In this document: in pieces, positions 43,301-54,457 of the stretch | Position numbering within the stretch: position 1 is the stretch's first letter | How the letters are laid out: each line of letters begins with the position of its first letter | Assembly: GCA_025354795.1 (NCBI GenBank) | Contig: JANXMF010000216.1 | Coordinates: 1,138 to 65,137 of the forward strand | Source: Pseudobdellovibrionaceae bacterium | GTDB taxonomy: Bacteria > Bdellovibrionota > Bdellovibrionia > Bdellovibrionales > UBA1609 | DNA: 64,000 nucleotides | Direction: 5' to 3' | Notes under the pieces: generated by a model | What the model was told of the DNA's origin: nothing | Databases searched by the model: none | Seen by the model: the letters and a program-made list of their open reading frames with translations, nothing else | Made by a program: the position numbers and the translations under genes

Positions 43301-43853
43301 TATTCTTGGCGAAGAGCAGGCCGGACACGTCAACGCCGTCGGTTACGAACTCTATCTCGAGCTGCTCGAAGAGGCCGTGCGCAACGCCAAGGGCGAAGCC
43401 CCGCTCGATGCCGATGTGGAACCTGAGATCAATCTGCGAATCCCCGCCTTGATTCCCGACACTTATATTTCGGATCTGCGCGTACGCTTGGCCTACTATA
43501 AATCGCTGTCCGAAATCGAAAAGCCAGAAGACATCGACCGTATCGAAGACGAACTGCGCGACCAATTCGGCAAAATCCCAGATCAAGTCCTGAATTTAAT
43601 GGGTCTGATGCTAATTCGCAAAATGTGCAAGGACCTCAGTGTGCGCGATCTCTCGGGCGGCGAAGCCACCATCACTCTCGCGTTCACCGAGCACACTAAG
43701 CTCCCGCCCAAAAAAGTGATTGAGCTCACTGCCCGCAGCAATAAAAAGTATTCGATCACGCCCGACAATCGCCTGCGCGTACGCATGAACGAAATCACGT
43801 GGCCGCGCATTCACGATGAACTGACGTATTTAAAAAGCCTGTGCAATCTTTAA
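40338..43853 (+). CDS. mfd: Transcription-repair coupling factor Mfd
   Basis: It has a UvrB-homology N-terminus, an RNAP-interaction domain, the helicase motifs GDVGFGKTE and DEEQRFG, a TRG motif and a C-terminal D7 domain. The ATG at 40338 was chosen because the long ORF start (40203) overlaps divergent nuoA. Confidence 0.9.
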   Translation: MFEHLPWKIENTLDRFLRGREPTLDIVGTDSTTLLAGLLSLPKVALNERPHLVLTGNSVSAERIVRSLKFISPSASPHVLPSFDVGVYSGLYPNRRVIAGRLSWLWKAQNAKPGDIFIAPIEALIQRTLPYNTLARRAFCLHRNDVLPAEFTAKLEALGYDNVPIVEDVGTFSIRGGMVDVFSPAHPNPARLELFGDIIESLRFFNVENQRSLDESHTTLEVIPAHEVLFSDENRQKAAARFKASFAGRPVDREESASLLHQLVQGQYFHGVEFLLAYFYDTPALPVEHFNTSLNVWRLDGFELERQYDQLMAEAKGEYASSEEQIVRPLLNEVYSSFDHVQFPPDSQTLSLNKVRLGDAESAVLPLSTSDLQEVASAARALATQAHELADFLNKKIKEWKNLGYSIFISVATQTQAQRLRLMLERSEITAAQVDAADYAWDDWTDQQRANPNLIHIVERSVGESLRFSEEHMIILREEDIFGNKRARAEYKSSGTLEKRAHAFNFGDLKTGDLVVHKLHGIGVFEGLKVMPIQGIAAEFIQIKYKDNDRLYLPVYRVHLMQKYSGPQAGTMIDKLGGPGWEKTKTKVRAHLRDVAAELLEIYAKRAVAERPAFSPPGPDYLGFEAVFPYQETDDQLRAVRDVLSDLQKPHPMDRLVCGDVGFGKTEIAMRAAFATVHDHKQVAIIAPTTVLTFQHVETFKKRFAKWPFVIRSLNRFVSKKEVTSTLKDLREGKVDILIGTHRMLSQDVQFKNLGLLVVDEEQRFGVKHKERLRKMKASLDTLAMSATPIPRTLNLSLVGIRDLSLINTPPVDRLATRTFVTKFDKDVIRKAITSEVARGGQIYFIHNRIQSIYDLADQLKEIVPEVRFKVAHGQMEEGALEKVMVEFFHHEIDMLVCTTIVESGMDVASANTMFIDNAQQLGLSQLYQLRGRVGRSKERAYCYLLIPNHRRLEKDAQERLRIIQENTALGSGIRIAQYDLELRGAGDILGEEQAGHVNAVGYELYLELLEEAVRNAKGEAPLDADVEPEINLRIPALIPDTYISDLRVRLAYYKSLSEIEKPEDIDRIEDELRDQFGKIPDQVLNLMGLMLIRKMCKDLSVRDLSGGEATITLAFTEHTKLPPKKVIELTARSNKKYSITPDNRLRVRMNEITWPRIHDELTYLKSLCNL

Positions 43854-43873
43854 GCCACGCCTTCTAGTGCAGG

Positions 43874-44662
43874 CTAGAATTCAACTCGCAAACCCGCGGC
43901 CCAGCTCACATCATTGCCAACATCGGGATCTTTTTTGCCCTGCGAAGTAAAGTACTTGCGCGCATCCGTGTAAACATAAGTGCTTTGCATATGCGACTCC
44001 TCATGGGAAGTCCGCGCGGCCCTCTTGTCGATCCAATCGATCTGATAGGCACAGCCGGCGTTGATGTAGGGCGCGACTTGGGTGTTGCCATTGAACGAAT
44101 TTCCCGCCAATCGCTCATGATAAATCATGGTGTAGGCGCCCGCGGAGGCGTAGGGAACCACATAGGGTTCGGCCCACAGTGTGTCCAGATAAACGGACCC
44201 GCCGACACGAATCGGATTTAAGCTCAAGGACGAATTCACAAGAGCCGGATCGGAATTGGTGTTTGAAAAAAAACTTCCCGCAACTTCAATGCCAATGCTG
44301 CCAAAGCTGAAATTGCGTTTGACCGCGACTTGCAACTCGAGGGTCGGCGATTGCGGCACACCATATACGCGTCGATAATTTTCAATCGAAAAATTGGGTT
44401 GATAATTGAGCGGCTCGTAGGCGTCGTAGTCCACGCCAATCAGTAGTCCCCAGTGCGTGCGGCGTTCGCGGTAACTCTGCAGCTTGTACTCGCCATCGAC
44501 TTTGCTGACGATCACGCTCGCCTGCTCAACATACACCAAATGTTTTTGAATCAGCGTTTCGGCATCGGGCTCTTCCTCGGCGGCATTCAGGGCCGGTGGC
44601 AAAATGCCGATATATAGGAGAACTATGAGCCATGAGGGGAGCGGCCGAAACCTTTGGGACAT
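43874..44662 (-). CDS. Putative outer-membrane beta-barrel protein
   Basis: Signal peptide MSQRFRPLPSWLIVLLYIGILPPALNA. Alternating beta-strand-like pattern. C-terminal ...AAGLRVEF with a terminal Phe. Confidence 0.55.
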   Translation of the reverse strand: MSQRFRPLPSWLIVLLYIGILPPALNAAEEEPDAETLIQKHLVYVEQASVIVSKVDGEYKLQSYRERRTHWGLLIGVDYDAYEPLNYQPNFSIENYRRVYGVPQSPTLELQVAVKRNFSFGSIGIEVAGSFFSNTNSDPALVNSSLSLNPIRVGGSVYLDTLWAEPYVVPYASAGAYTMIYHERLAGNSFNGNTQVAPYINAGCAYQIDWIDKRAARTSHEESHMQSTYVYTDARKYFTSQGKKDPDVGNDVSWAAGLRVEF

Positions 44663-44698
44663 GCCTTGAGTATACCGAAAAGCGGCGAAACCCATGAG

Positions 44699-46324
44699 AT
44701 GACTTGTAAAATCTCCTCTTTTGTCGCGGGCATTATTTTCCTAGCCTTCAGTCTGGCGACCGACGCCGAGCCCCTCACTGACCCCTATGAACATTTGACC
44801 GCCGCCCAACGCGTCGGCCAGGTCTTTATCTGGACCTATGCGGGAACCAGTTTTTCGCCGTCAATTCAGTCGTGGCTTGAGAAATACCAGCCCGGAGCGC
44901 TAATTGCCTTTTCGCGCAACATTAAAACACCCGCACAAATCGCTAAACTAAATGCGGAGACGCAAAAGTTCGCTCTTAGTAAATTGAAAACTCCGCTGTT
45001 TTTGATGATCGATCAAGAGGGCGGAACCGTGACTCGGCTCAAAACTTCGGTGCCGATGCCCAGCGCGTTGGCACTTGGGCAAATGGCCGACGTGGAATTT
45101 ATTCGCCGCTATGGCAAGGCCAACGCCACCCTTCTTCACGACATCGGCTTCAACGTCAATCTGGCTCCGGTGCTAGATCTCTCCAATCCCGAGCGCGGCA
45201 CTTTTATCGGCAATCGCGCGTTCGGTGACGACCCCGAAACCGTGGCCAAAATCGCGGCCGCCTACGCTGAAGGCCTAAACTTAGGCGGTTTAATTCCCAC
45301 CGCCAAGCATTTTCCCGGCCACGGCGGAGTGGTGCAGGACAGCCACCACACTACGCCGCAAAAACTATCCAACTACCAGGAGCTCGCCGACAAAGACTGG
45401 GTCCCCTTTGAAGAGTACGCCCAGGCCGAATACCCGCGCGCGCTGATGATGGCACACTTGGCGTTGCCTAATATCGATCCGTCAGGCGAACCTTCGACCT
45501 ACTCCCACGTGTTAATTCAAGATTTTCTGCGCGGCAAACTGAAGTATGATGGCCTAGTGATCACCGATGATTTGGAAATGGCGGGGGCCTCGGCCGACAT
45601 GGACATTGGCGAACGCGCGGTGCGTGCGTTCTTAGCCGGCAATGATATGCTGATGCTCGCGGGCTCTCCCGCCCATCAAAAAAAGGCCTACACGGCCATG
45701 CTCAAAGCAGTCAAATCGGGGCGAATTCCAGTCGCGCGCCTCAAGGAAAGCGTCACCCGAATTCTAAGCTACAAAGATAAAATGAAAATCGGCGCGTTTA
45801 AATTCAATTCCGAAAAGGTCAAAGTGTCGGTCGCAAGGCTGGAAAAACTCTCACGCCGGGTGCTCCAGCGCAATTTACAAAAATCGGTAGAAGGGCAAAC
45901 TGCCCGTTGGCCCGAAATCAAGAGCGACACGCAAGTACTACTCCTCAGTTCCGACCGCCGCTTCTACGAATCCTTTATGACGTCATTTCGCGACCATGGG
46001 AAAAGCAAGTTTTTCCAACTCGCTCCGCAAACACTCAACTCGGTGGTTGCAGAATTAGCCAAGCCCGAATACCAGGTAGCCATTTACTACGCCACGGGAA
46101 CGCAAACCGCGCATTGGCTTGAGCACCTTCCGCCTGAATTGCGTGCCAAAACAATTGTGGTAAATGCCAACCAGTCCGGTGACGTGGAAAATCAGAATTC
46201 ATTTTTGTCGGTGCTCAACATCAACACCTTGAATTTCGAAAGCGGCGCGGCCCTGGGTGACGCCCTAATTTCCCATGAAATGCGCATGCCTGCCAGTGAG
46301 CCTGACGACACTGAGGACTACTGA
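44699..46324 (+). CDS. Glycoside hydrolase family 3 (NagZ-like beta-N-acetylhexosaminidase), exported
   Basis: Signal peptide MTCKISSFVAGIIFLAFSLATDA. The motifs are MIDQEGGTVTRL, KHFPGHGG and VITDDLEM. An extra C-terminal domain of about 200 aa is present. Confidence 0.8.
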   Translation: MTCKISSFVAGIIFLAFSLATDAEPLTDPYEHLTAAQRVGQVFIWTYAGTSFSPSIQSWLEKYQPGALIAFSRNIKTPAQIAKLNAETQKFALSKLKTPLFLMIDQEGGTVTRLKTSVPMPSALALGQMADVEFIRRYGKANATLLHDIGFNVNLAPVLDLSNPERGTFIGNRAFGDDPETVAKIAAAYAEGLNLGGLIPTAKHFPGHGGVVQDSHHTTPQKLSNYQELADKDWVPFEEYAQAEYPRALMMAHLALPNIDPSGEPSTYSHVLIQDFLRGKLKYDGLVITDDLEMAGASADMDIGERAVRAFLAGNDMLMLAGSPAHQKKAYTAMLKAVKSGRIPVARLKESVTRILSYKDKMKIGAFKFNSEKVKVSVARLEKLSRRVLQRNLQKSVEGQTARWPEIKSDTQVLLLSSDRRFYESFMTSFRDHGKSKFFQLAPQTLNSVVAELAKPEYQVAIYYATGTQTAHWLEHLPPELRAKTIVVNANQSGDVENQNSFLSVLNINTLNFESGAALGDALISHEMRMPASEPDDTEDY

Positions 46325-46719
46325 TTTTCCAATGCGGCCAGACGCGCACTCGCGCGCGCGAGCTTATGCTGAAATTTTGCGATTTGATCCGGCTGCAAAA
46401 TGGGCTCAAGCAATTTCGTTTTAGCGACCTTCAACGCCGCTTCGGCGCGGGCGCGGTCGATTTCTTCCAGCGACTCGGCGGTTTCCGCCAAAACCACTAC
46501 GCCTTCGGGGTTCACCTGGCAGTAGCCCCAGCTCACAACCACCGATTCCACTTTGTCTTTAATCCGATATTTCAAGATACCGGTGGCTAAAGTGGTTAGG
46601 AGCGGTGCATGGCCCGGCAAAATATCCAATTGTCCTTTAAATCCGGGCACGGTCACTTCTTCCACTTCTGTGTCCGTGACCAGTCTCTTATCAGGCGTAA
46701 CTAAGTTCAAAACAAACAT
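46318..46719 (-). CDS. atpC: F1 ATP synthase subunit epsilon
   Basis: 133 aa in the last position of the atp operon. LDILPGHAPLLT motif. Confidence 0.9.
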   Translation of the reverse strand: MFVLNLVTPDKRLVTDTEVEEVTVPGFKGQLDILPGHAPLLTTLATGILKYRIKDKVESVVVSWGYCQVNPEGVVVLAETAESLEEIDRARAEAALKVAKTKLLEPILQPDQIAKFQHKLARASARLAALENQ

Positions 46720-46727
46720 TCGTACCT

Positions 46728-48149
<1,422 letters not shown>

Positions 48150-49031
48150 TTAGCCTTTTAATGCTTCTGCGCCGCTCGTGATCTCAATCAATTCGGTTGT
48201 GATCGAAGCTTGGCGAAGTTTATTGTAAGTCAAAGTCATGGACCGAATCATTTCACCAGCGTTTTTCGTAGCGCTCTCCATCGCTGCCATGCGCGCGCCA
48301 TGTTCGGCGGCGACACTCTCGCTCATGGCGCGATAGACCTGCACCGAAAAATGTTTTTTGAGCAAATCGTCAATGATGAGCTCCGGCGCCGGTTCAAAAA
48401 TCATATCTTTGGAGAACGGTTTTTTGCCATCGTCGGCCTGACGGGCGTTGCTCAGATCCACCGGCAGCAGGCGCTCACATTTAAGCTCTTGGGCGATGGC
48501 CGATTTGAATTCGTTATAGATCAAATAGACCGCGTCATAGCCGCCATCAATAAAACTCTCCATCAAACGATCCGCCACTCCAGCGGCCAGTGAAAAGGAA
48601 ATCTCTCGGGCCAAATTCAAAATGGTGTCGATGCCGGCCAACTTGCGCGCCCGGAAAAAGTCAGCGCCCTTGCGGCCGACAAACAGCAAGTCCATCTGCG
48701 CAAAATTTTTCTGGTTTTCCAAATAAAACCTATGCGCAAAACGATTGAGATTGTTATTGAAGCCGCCCGCCAAGCCGCGATCGGAAGTCACCACCACCAA
48801 AAGCACCTTCTTGGGATTCTGATTGGTACTCAAAAGCGGGTGGCGCACGCGATGGGTGACCGCGATGTCCGCGATCATCGCCAGAATCTGACGTGCGAAC
48901 GGACGTAGATTGATAATATTCGACTGCGCCCGCCGCAGCTTCGCGGCCGAAACCATTTTCATGGCGCGCGTAATTTGCTGCGTGTTTTTCACGCTCTGAA
49001 TGCGCAGCCGGATGTCCTTTAAATTGGCCAT
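48150..49031 (-). CDS. atpG: F1 ATP synthase subunit gamma
   Basis: MANLKDIRLRIQSVKNTQQITRAMKMVSAAKLRRAQ is the canonical N-terminus. Confidence 0.95.
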   Translation of the reverse strand: MANLKDIRLRIQSVKNTQQITRAMKMVSAAKLRRAQSNIINLRPFARQILAMIADIAVTHRVRHPLLSTNQNPKKVLLVVVTSDRGLAGGFNNNLNRFAHRFYLENQKNFAQMDLLFVGRKGADFFRARKLAGIDTILNLAREISFSLAAGVADRLMESFIDGGYDAVYLIYNEFKSAIAQELKCERLLPVDLSNARQADDGKKPFSKDMIFEPAPELIIDDLLKKHFSVQVYRAMSESVAAEHGARMAAMESATKNAGEMIRSMTLTYNKLRQASITTELIEITSGAEALKG

Positions 49032-49037
49032 ATCCCG

Positions 49038-50564
49038 TTACTTCTTTTGCGTCGGTCTAAAGACAGCTTTGAATTCTTCCAAAGCGCCCTTCAGATCGCG
49101 TTTTAGTTCATCGTCCAACTGCTTCTTCTCGCGAATAGTGGTCAGCACTTTACTGTACTTGGTGTCCAGGAACTCCATCAGCTCCTTTTCGTAACGGCGC
49201 ACGTCGCCTTCCGGCAAGGCGTCTAAGTAACCATTAGTCGCGCCCCAAATCATCGCCACTTGTTTTTCCACCGCGCAGGGGGAGTACTGTGCCTGTTTTA
49301 ACATTTCGACCAAGCGTCGGCCGCGCGCCAACTGGTTTTGCGTGGCCTTATCCAAATCCGAAGCAAACGCCGAGAAGGCTTCGAGTTCGCGGAACTGCGC
49401 GAGCTCCAACTTCAACGTTCCCGCAACTTGCTTCATGGCTTTGATCTGTGCGTTTCCGCCCACCCGCGAAACTGATTTTCCCACGTCCACCGCGGGACGA
49501 ATGCCTTTGTAAAACAGACCGCTTTCCAAAAAGATCTGTCCATCCGTGATGGAGATCACATTGGTCGGAATGTAGGCGGCAATATCGCCGGCTTGAGTTT
49601 CAATGATCGGCAAGGCGGTGAGTGAGCCCGCCCCCTCTTTGTCACTCAGCTTAGCGGCACGTTCGAGCAGGCGCGAGTGCACATAGAACACGTCGCCGGG
49701 ATAAGCTTCGCGACCCGGAGGGCGGCGGAGCAACAACGACAACTGGCGATAAGCTTGCGCCTGTTTGGTCAAATCATCATATATTATGAGAGCGTGACGA
49801 CCACTATCGCGGAAGTGCTCGGCCATAGTGCAACCCGCATAAGGGGCCAAGAATTGTAGCGGAGCCGGCTCCGAAGCACTGGCGGAAATGACCGTGGTGT
49901 ATTCCATCGCACCCGCCGCACGCAGTTTTTCAACCACCTGTGCAACCGTCGATTTTTTCTGTCCAATCGCCACATAAAAACAAAAAACGTTTTGGCCTTT
50001 TTGATTGATGATCGTATCGATCGCGATGGCGGTCTTTCCTGTTTGGCGGTCACCAATGATTAACTCACGCTGACCGCGGCCGATCGGAATCATCGCATCA
50101 ATCGATTTGATTCCAGTTTGCAGGGGCTCATGAACACCCTTGCGCGCCAAAATCCCGGGAGCTTTGATTTCAACAATACGTGAGTGTTCAGTCTTGATCG
50201 GACCGGCCCCGTCGATCGGCTCGCCCATCACGTTCACAACCCGACCTAAAAGGGCTTCGCCCACCGGCACCTGCACGATTTTCTTTGTGCGCTTCACGGT
50301 GTCGCCTTCGCGAATGTCGCGGTCATTACCAAAAATGACCACGCCCACCGAGTCGGCTTCCAAATTCAAAACCATGCCCGTGATCTGGTTGGGGAACTCA
50401 ATCAACTCACCGGCCATCGCCTTATCGAGGCCGTAAACCCGCGCCACGCCGTCACCGACCGAAAGCACGCTTCCGGTTTCGCTCACCTCAATGGCTTTGT
50501 TGTAATTTTTGATTTGCTCTTTTAAGACCCGGCTAATTTCGTCGGCGCGAATATTAGTTTCCAT
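49038..50564 (-). CDS. atpA: F1 ATP synthase subunit alpha
   Basis: Walker [10 protein letters not shown]. 508 aa. Confidence 0.97.
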   Translation of the reverse strand: METNIRADEISRVLKEQIKNYNKAIEVSETGSVLSVGDGVARVYGLDKAMAGELIEFPNQITGMVLNLEADSVGVVIFGNDRDIREGDTVKRTKKIVQVPVGEALLGRVVNVMGEPIDGAGPIKTEHSRIVEIKAPGILARKGVHEPLQTGIKSIDAMIPIGRGQRELIIGDRQTGKTAIAIDTIINQKGQNVFCFYVAIGQKKSTVAQVVEKLRAAGAMEYTTVISASASEPAPLQFLAPYAGCTMAEHFRDSGRHALIIYDDLTKQAQAYRQLSLLLRRPPGREAYPGDVFYVHSRLLERAAKLSDKEGAGSLTALPIIETQAGDIAAYIPTNVISITDGQIFLESGLFYKGIRPAVDVGKSVSRVGGNAQIKAMKQVAGTLKLELAQFRELEAFSAFASDLDKATQNQLARGRRLVEMLKQAQYSPCAVEKQVAMIWGATNGYLDALPEGDVRRYEKELMEFLDTKYSKVLTTIREKKQLDDELKRDLKGALEEFKAVFRPTQKK

Positions 50565-50578
50565 ACGAAGGGATGCTC

Positions 50579-51127
50579 CTAGTTCGTTTCTCGTGTTAAT
50601 TGCTCATTCATTCGATTCAAATGCGCGGCGAGAGAGTCATCAAAGGTAAAGCTGCCCACCTCGGCCACCAATCCGCCGAGTAAGTGCGCATCTTCTTTGT
50701 AGCTGAGAATCACCTGTTTCTTGGTCGCGCGTCCCACCAGAGTCTCGATGCGCTTGCGTTCTTCGGGGGCTAGCACCGTCGCGGATCGCACTGTTCCGCG
50801 CGTCACGCCGTGGGCCTCATCCGCAAAATTCTGATAGGCCACCAGAATGTCATTGAAAACCGCAAGGCGGTTTTTCTTAGCCACCAGCAAAATAAAATTT
50901 TTCAAGACCTGAGGAACACTCAAGGTTCCCAATAATTTTTCGAATGCCGCCACCTTTTCACTGGGGCGAACTAGAGGCGAAAACAAAAAGCTGGAAACGC
51001 TGGCGTCGCTCGAGATGGCGTGACTGATAACACGCATCTGCTCGAAGATGACATCCTGTTCACCGCTCTCCTTTGCCAGCCCATAAAGAGCTTTGGCGTA
51101 ACGCTTGGCCAAGAGTGTGTTTTTCAC
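50579..51127 (-). CDS. atpH: F1 ATP synthase subunit delta (OSCP)
   Basis: 182 aa. [14 protein letters not shown]-terminus. It sits between the b and alpha genes. Confidence 0.85.
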   Translation of the reverse strand: MKNTLLAKRYAKALYGLAKESGEQDVIFEQMRVISHAISSDASVSSFLFSPLVRPSEKVAAFEKLLGTLSVPQVLKNFILLVAKKNRLAVFNDILVAYQNFADEAHGVTRGTVRSATVLAPEERKRIETLVGRATKKQVILSYKEDAHLLGGLVAEVGSFTFDDSLAAHLNRMNEQLTRETN

Positions 51128-51678
51128 CGGTTCACCAATTCAATTTTCTGGGCGAATTCATTTTGCAGCTTCTGCTGATCACTGCTGCCTAGGCTGTTTT
51201 GAAGTTTTTCGCGCGAGCTGTGAAGTGCCTGCTGCAATAGTTCGTGGCGCAATTCAATTTTCGCCTTTTCCAACTCCACCGTAGCCGTGCGCTGAGCCTC
51301 TTGCGCAAGTTTGGCGGAAATGGCTTTCGCTTCATGTTCCAGGCGGCCGCGCAAGATATCGGCCTCTTCGCGCGCCCGCTGTTCGCCCTGCTTGGCGCTT
51401 GCCTCTAACTTGGCCAGCTTATCTTTAATTTGCACATTGGTTTTCTCAGCTTCGCGCGCGGCAGTCTCGGCGCGGTCGACGAGCTCCTTATATTCAGTCG
51501 CACGCTGAGCAAAATGTTGCTTCAAGCTATTGCGTAGCAAATAGACCAGCAGTCCAATCAAAAGCGCCAGGTTAAGTGCTTGCACCCAAATGTTGGCCCA
51601 CGGAATCACAAGCTCTTCGGCGTGTTCGGCGCCATGCTCTTGCGCCCACGCGCTTACAATTAAAAAAAGCCACTTCAT
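51124..51678 (-). CDS. atpF: Fo ATP synthase subunit b
   Basis: A single N-terminal TM helix followed by a long charged coiled coil. 184 aa. Confidence 0.8.
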   Translation of the reverse strand: MKWLFLIVSAWAQEHGAEHAEELVIPWANIWVQALNLALLIGLLVYLLRNSLKQHFAQRATEYKELVDRAETAAREAEKTNVQIKDKLAKLEASAKQGEQRAREEADILRGRLEHEAKAISAKLAQEAQRTATVELEKAKIELRHELLQQALHSSREKLQNSLGSSDQQKLQNEFAQKIELVNR

Positions 51679-52157
51679 ATCTCGAGATCCTTGCCAATTA
51701 GTTGCCGGTTGATCAATTGCGACACGCCGGCCACTTCTTTGCTGAGCTGAGCTTTGACTTCGGCGATTTGCCTTTGCAAAACCTGGCGCGAGTTTTCAAT
51801 CGCGTTGCGACCCTTGGCGCGGGCTTCGCTGACCAGCTGGTCATATTCCTGCGTGGCCTTCACCCGGGCGGCGTCGTAGATCTCGCGAAATCGATCGTTG
51901 GCCTGCTGAGCACGCGCGCCGTACTGGACTTCCAGATCACGCGCTTCAGAAATATAGCGTTCGGCCAGCTCGGTGCGCCCTAACGTGCGTTCGCGACGCT
52001 CGACGAAGGCTGCATAATAGGGTGCAAACAAGAAATATTTGAGGATCGCAAACACAAGCAAAAACAAACCAAGCTGTATAAGGAGGGTGGAATTAACCCC
52101 CAACTGTACAAATAGATCCATGAGAAATGGCGTCCTTAGGTATGGTGAAGTCGCCAA
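51675..52157 (-). CDS. Fo ATP synthase subunit b' (second b-type subunit)
   Basis: A single TM helix (LIQLGLFLLVFAILKYFLF) followed by a charged helix. The start may be the internal ATG at 52121. Confidence 0.75.
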   Translation of the reverse strand: MATSPYLRTPFLMDLFVQLGVNSTLLIQLGLFLLVFAILKYFLFAPYYAAFVERRERTLGRTELAERYISEARDLEVQYGARAQQANDRFREIYDAARVKATQEYDQLVSEARAKGRNAIENSRQVLQRQIAEVKAQLSKEVAGVSQLINRQLIGKDLEI

Positions 52158-52187
52158 ATGTATATTCGACTTGAGGGGCTGTGTAAA

Positions 52188-52535
52188 TTAATTCTTCGGC
52201 ATATATGAAGCGCCCTCAAAAACGACGCCTTCATCGATGCGCAAGGACGGGGTCGTGACCGTCCCCTGGAAAATGGCCGGAGGATGCATAATCACACGTC
52301 GCCGCGCGAAAATATTGCCTTTGACCGCACCGCTAATAATGATCGTCTCGGCCTCGATCTGCGCCTCGACTTGGGCGCCCGGATTGATCACTAGAGTATC
52401 GTTGGTGAAAATTTCGCCGCGGAAGTGCCCGCCAATACGAACCGTGCCCTCAAAAGTCAGGCGTCCGTCAAATGACGCGCCCTTTTCAAGCAGGGCAGTG
52501 ACGCTTCCTCCATGTGCTTCTATTGCTGTGTCCAC
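52188..52535 (-). CDS. Bactofilin (polymer-forming cytoskeletal protein)
   Basis: 115 aa. The repetitive beta-helix pattern is FDGRLTFEGTVRIGGHFRGEIFTNDTLVINPGAQVEAQIEAETIIISGAVKGNIFA...FQGTVTTPSLRIDEGVVFEG. The GTG start overlaps the parB stop by 16 nt. Confidence 0.85.
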   Translation of the reverse strand: MDTAIEAHGGSVTALLEKGASFDGRLTFEGTVRIGGHFRGEIFTNDTLVINPGAQVEAQIEAETIIISGAVKGNIFARRRVIMHPPAIFQGTVTTPSLRIDEGVVFEGASYMPKN

Positions 52536-53515
52536 GATTCCCTCAAGCGGTCGGCGAGTTGGTTGAGTTCCGCGTCCGAATAAAATTGAATCTGAATTCT
52601 TCCCTTACCCTGAGTGTAGTCCAAAATCACCTTGGAGCCGAGCAACTTTTGTAGCTCTTCGCGCAAGTGCTCAGCCATTTGTGAGCGCAGCTCTTCGTCG
52701 GCGGTCAAAGGTACCGGCGGGGCGCTGCGACTGCGTACCACCAATTTTTCCAGAGTGCGCACGCTCAGCTTTTCCACATTGGTTTTGTGCGCGAGGCTTT
52801 CTTGCAACTGGGCATCTGCCACGGATAGCAGGACCTTCGCCTGGCCAAGCGATAGAAGGTTTTCGGAAACCATCTGCCGCACCCGCGGTTGCAGCTGCAA
52901 CAAGCGCAAAACGTTGGCCACCGTGGCGCGGTCCTTGCCCACCTTTTGCGCCAAATCTTGCTGGGTTAAGTTATACTTTTTTATAAGGAAATCGTAAGCT
53001 TCGGCTTCCTCGATGACATTTAAGTTTTCGCGCTGAATGTTTTCAATCAGGGCCAACTCGAGCACTTCCTGATCTTCCGAGTCCTTAACAATCGCAGGAA
53101 TTTCTTGCAACCCGGCCAATTGTGCCGCGCGCCATCTGCGCTCTCCGGCAATAATTTCGAAGTTTCCGCTGACCCTTTGTCGCACCAAAATGGGTTGGAT
53201 TACGCCCTTTTCGCGAATTGACGCGGCCAACTCGTGCAAAGGTTCGGGAGCAAAGATGCGCCTCGGCTGCTTCGGATTTGGCTCGACTTTCTCAATCGCA
53301 ATTTTCCAAATGCGCAATTGATTTGGAACATTCGTGGCTGTCGGCGCAGGTTCCAGTTTCTCAACGGGGGGTGCTACCGGCTCAGCTGTCGCAGGTACAA
53401 AGTCTGGGGGCGCTTTGGCAAATGCTCCCTCGTTTGTCGAACCCAGTAGACTGCCAAGACCTCGGCCCAATCCCTTACCCTTCGTGTTTTTTTGCGGCTG
53501 CATGGATTCAGACAT
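52520..53515 (-). CDS. parB: Chromosome partitioning protein ParB
   Basis: The motifs are KGLGRGLGSLL, the arginine patch IIAGERRWRAA, an HTH region and a C-terminal dimerisation domain. The ATG at 53515 overlaps the parA stop (the long ORF starts at GTG 53524). Confidence 0.9.
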   Translation of the reverse strand: MSESMQPQKNTKGKGLGRGLGSLLGSTNEGAFAKAPPDFVPATAEPVAPPVEKLEPAPTATNVPNQLRIWKIAIEKVEPNPKQPRRIFAPEPLHELAASIREKGVIQPILVRQRVSGNFEIIAGERRWRAAQLAGLQEIPAIVKDSEDQEVLELALIENIQRENLNVIEEAEAYDFLIKKYNLTQQDLAQKVGKDRATVANVLRLLQLQPRVRQMVSENLLSLGQAKVLLSVADAQLQESLAHKTNVEKLSVRTLEKLVVRSRSAPPVPLTADEELRSQMAEHLREELQKLLGSKVILDYTQGKGRIQIQFYSDAELNQLADRLRESWTQQ

Positions 53516-54350
53516 AAATTTCACTCTCCTGCCCCGAGTCTGACGCTACGACCTGAGCGGGAGTGGACTCGCTCTCTTTGTGGCCGTAGACGCGCCCATC
53601 CAGCTCCTCGGCAAGCTCTTTATATTTTTTGGCGCCTATGGACTTTGGATCGTACTGAAAAATTGTTTGGCCGTGGCTAGGCGCCTCACTCAGACGTACG
53701 TTGCGAGGAATAATGGCAGAAAATACTTTTTCCGCAAAATGCGATTGGATTTCCGCGACCACCTGGTGGCTAAGATTATTGCGGGCATCGAACATCGTCA
53801 GCACGATGCCCTCAATCCTTAGGTCGGTATTTAAACTTTTTTTGATTAAACCGGCGGTGTTGAGCAGCTGGCTCAGGCCCTCAAGTGCATAGTATTCACA
53901 CTGGAGCGGGACTAAAAAGGTTTCGGCCGCAGATAGCGAATTCACGGTAAGAAGCCCTAGGCTTGGCGGACAATCTATCAATATATAATGATATTTTCCA
54001 CTCACCTCGCGCAGCGCAGACTTTAGTCGATATTCGCGCTGAGGCATGTCGACCAGCTCGATTTCGGCCCCAACCAAATCTGGATTGGCTGGCACAATAT
54101 CCAGATTTTTTATCTGAGTACTCTGGATAGTCTCGTGGATACTCTTTTCGCCAATCAAAACCTGATAAATGTTGTTGTCTTGATTTTCATATCTCTTGAC
54201 ACCAAGCCCACTTGACGCGTTACCCTGTGGATCCATGTCTACGATCAAAACTTGCCTACTCATTTCGCTAAGCGCCGCAGCCAGGTTGACCGACGTAGTG
54301 GTTTTTCCCACTCCACCCTTTTGGTTTGCCACGCATATAATTCTAGCCAT
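53508..54350 (-). CDS. parA: Chromosome partitioning ATPase ParA (Soj)
   Basis: MARIICVANQKGGVGKTTT is the deviant Walker A motif. About 280 aa. Confidence 0.92.
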   Translation of the reverse strand: MARIICVANQKGGVGKTTTSVNLAAALSEMSRQVLIVDMDPQGNASSGLGVKRYENQDNNIYQVLIGEKSIHETIQSTQIKNLDIVPANPDLVGAEIELVDMPQREYRLKSALREVSGKYHYILIDCPPSLGLLTVNSLSAAETFLVPLQCEYYALEGLSQLLNTAGLIKKSLNTDLRIEGIVLTMFDARNNLSHQVVAEIQSHFAEKVFSAIIPRNVRLSEAPSHGQTIFQYDPKSIGAKKYKELAEELDGRVYGHKESESTPAQVVASDSGQESEIYV

Positions 54351-54457
54351 CCCCCTCACCCATTTCCGCTCTGATCACTAGCTTTTTCATTCTGAAACTC
54401 AATGTTTTCAGGAACTTTGCCGATTGTTCCATGTAGAGCAAAGGGAGTCCAGCCAAA

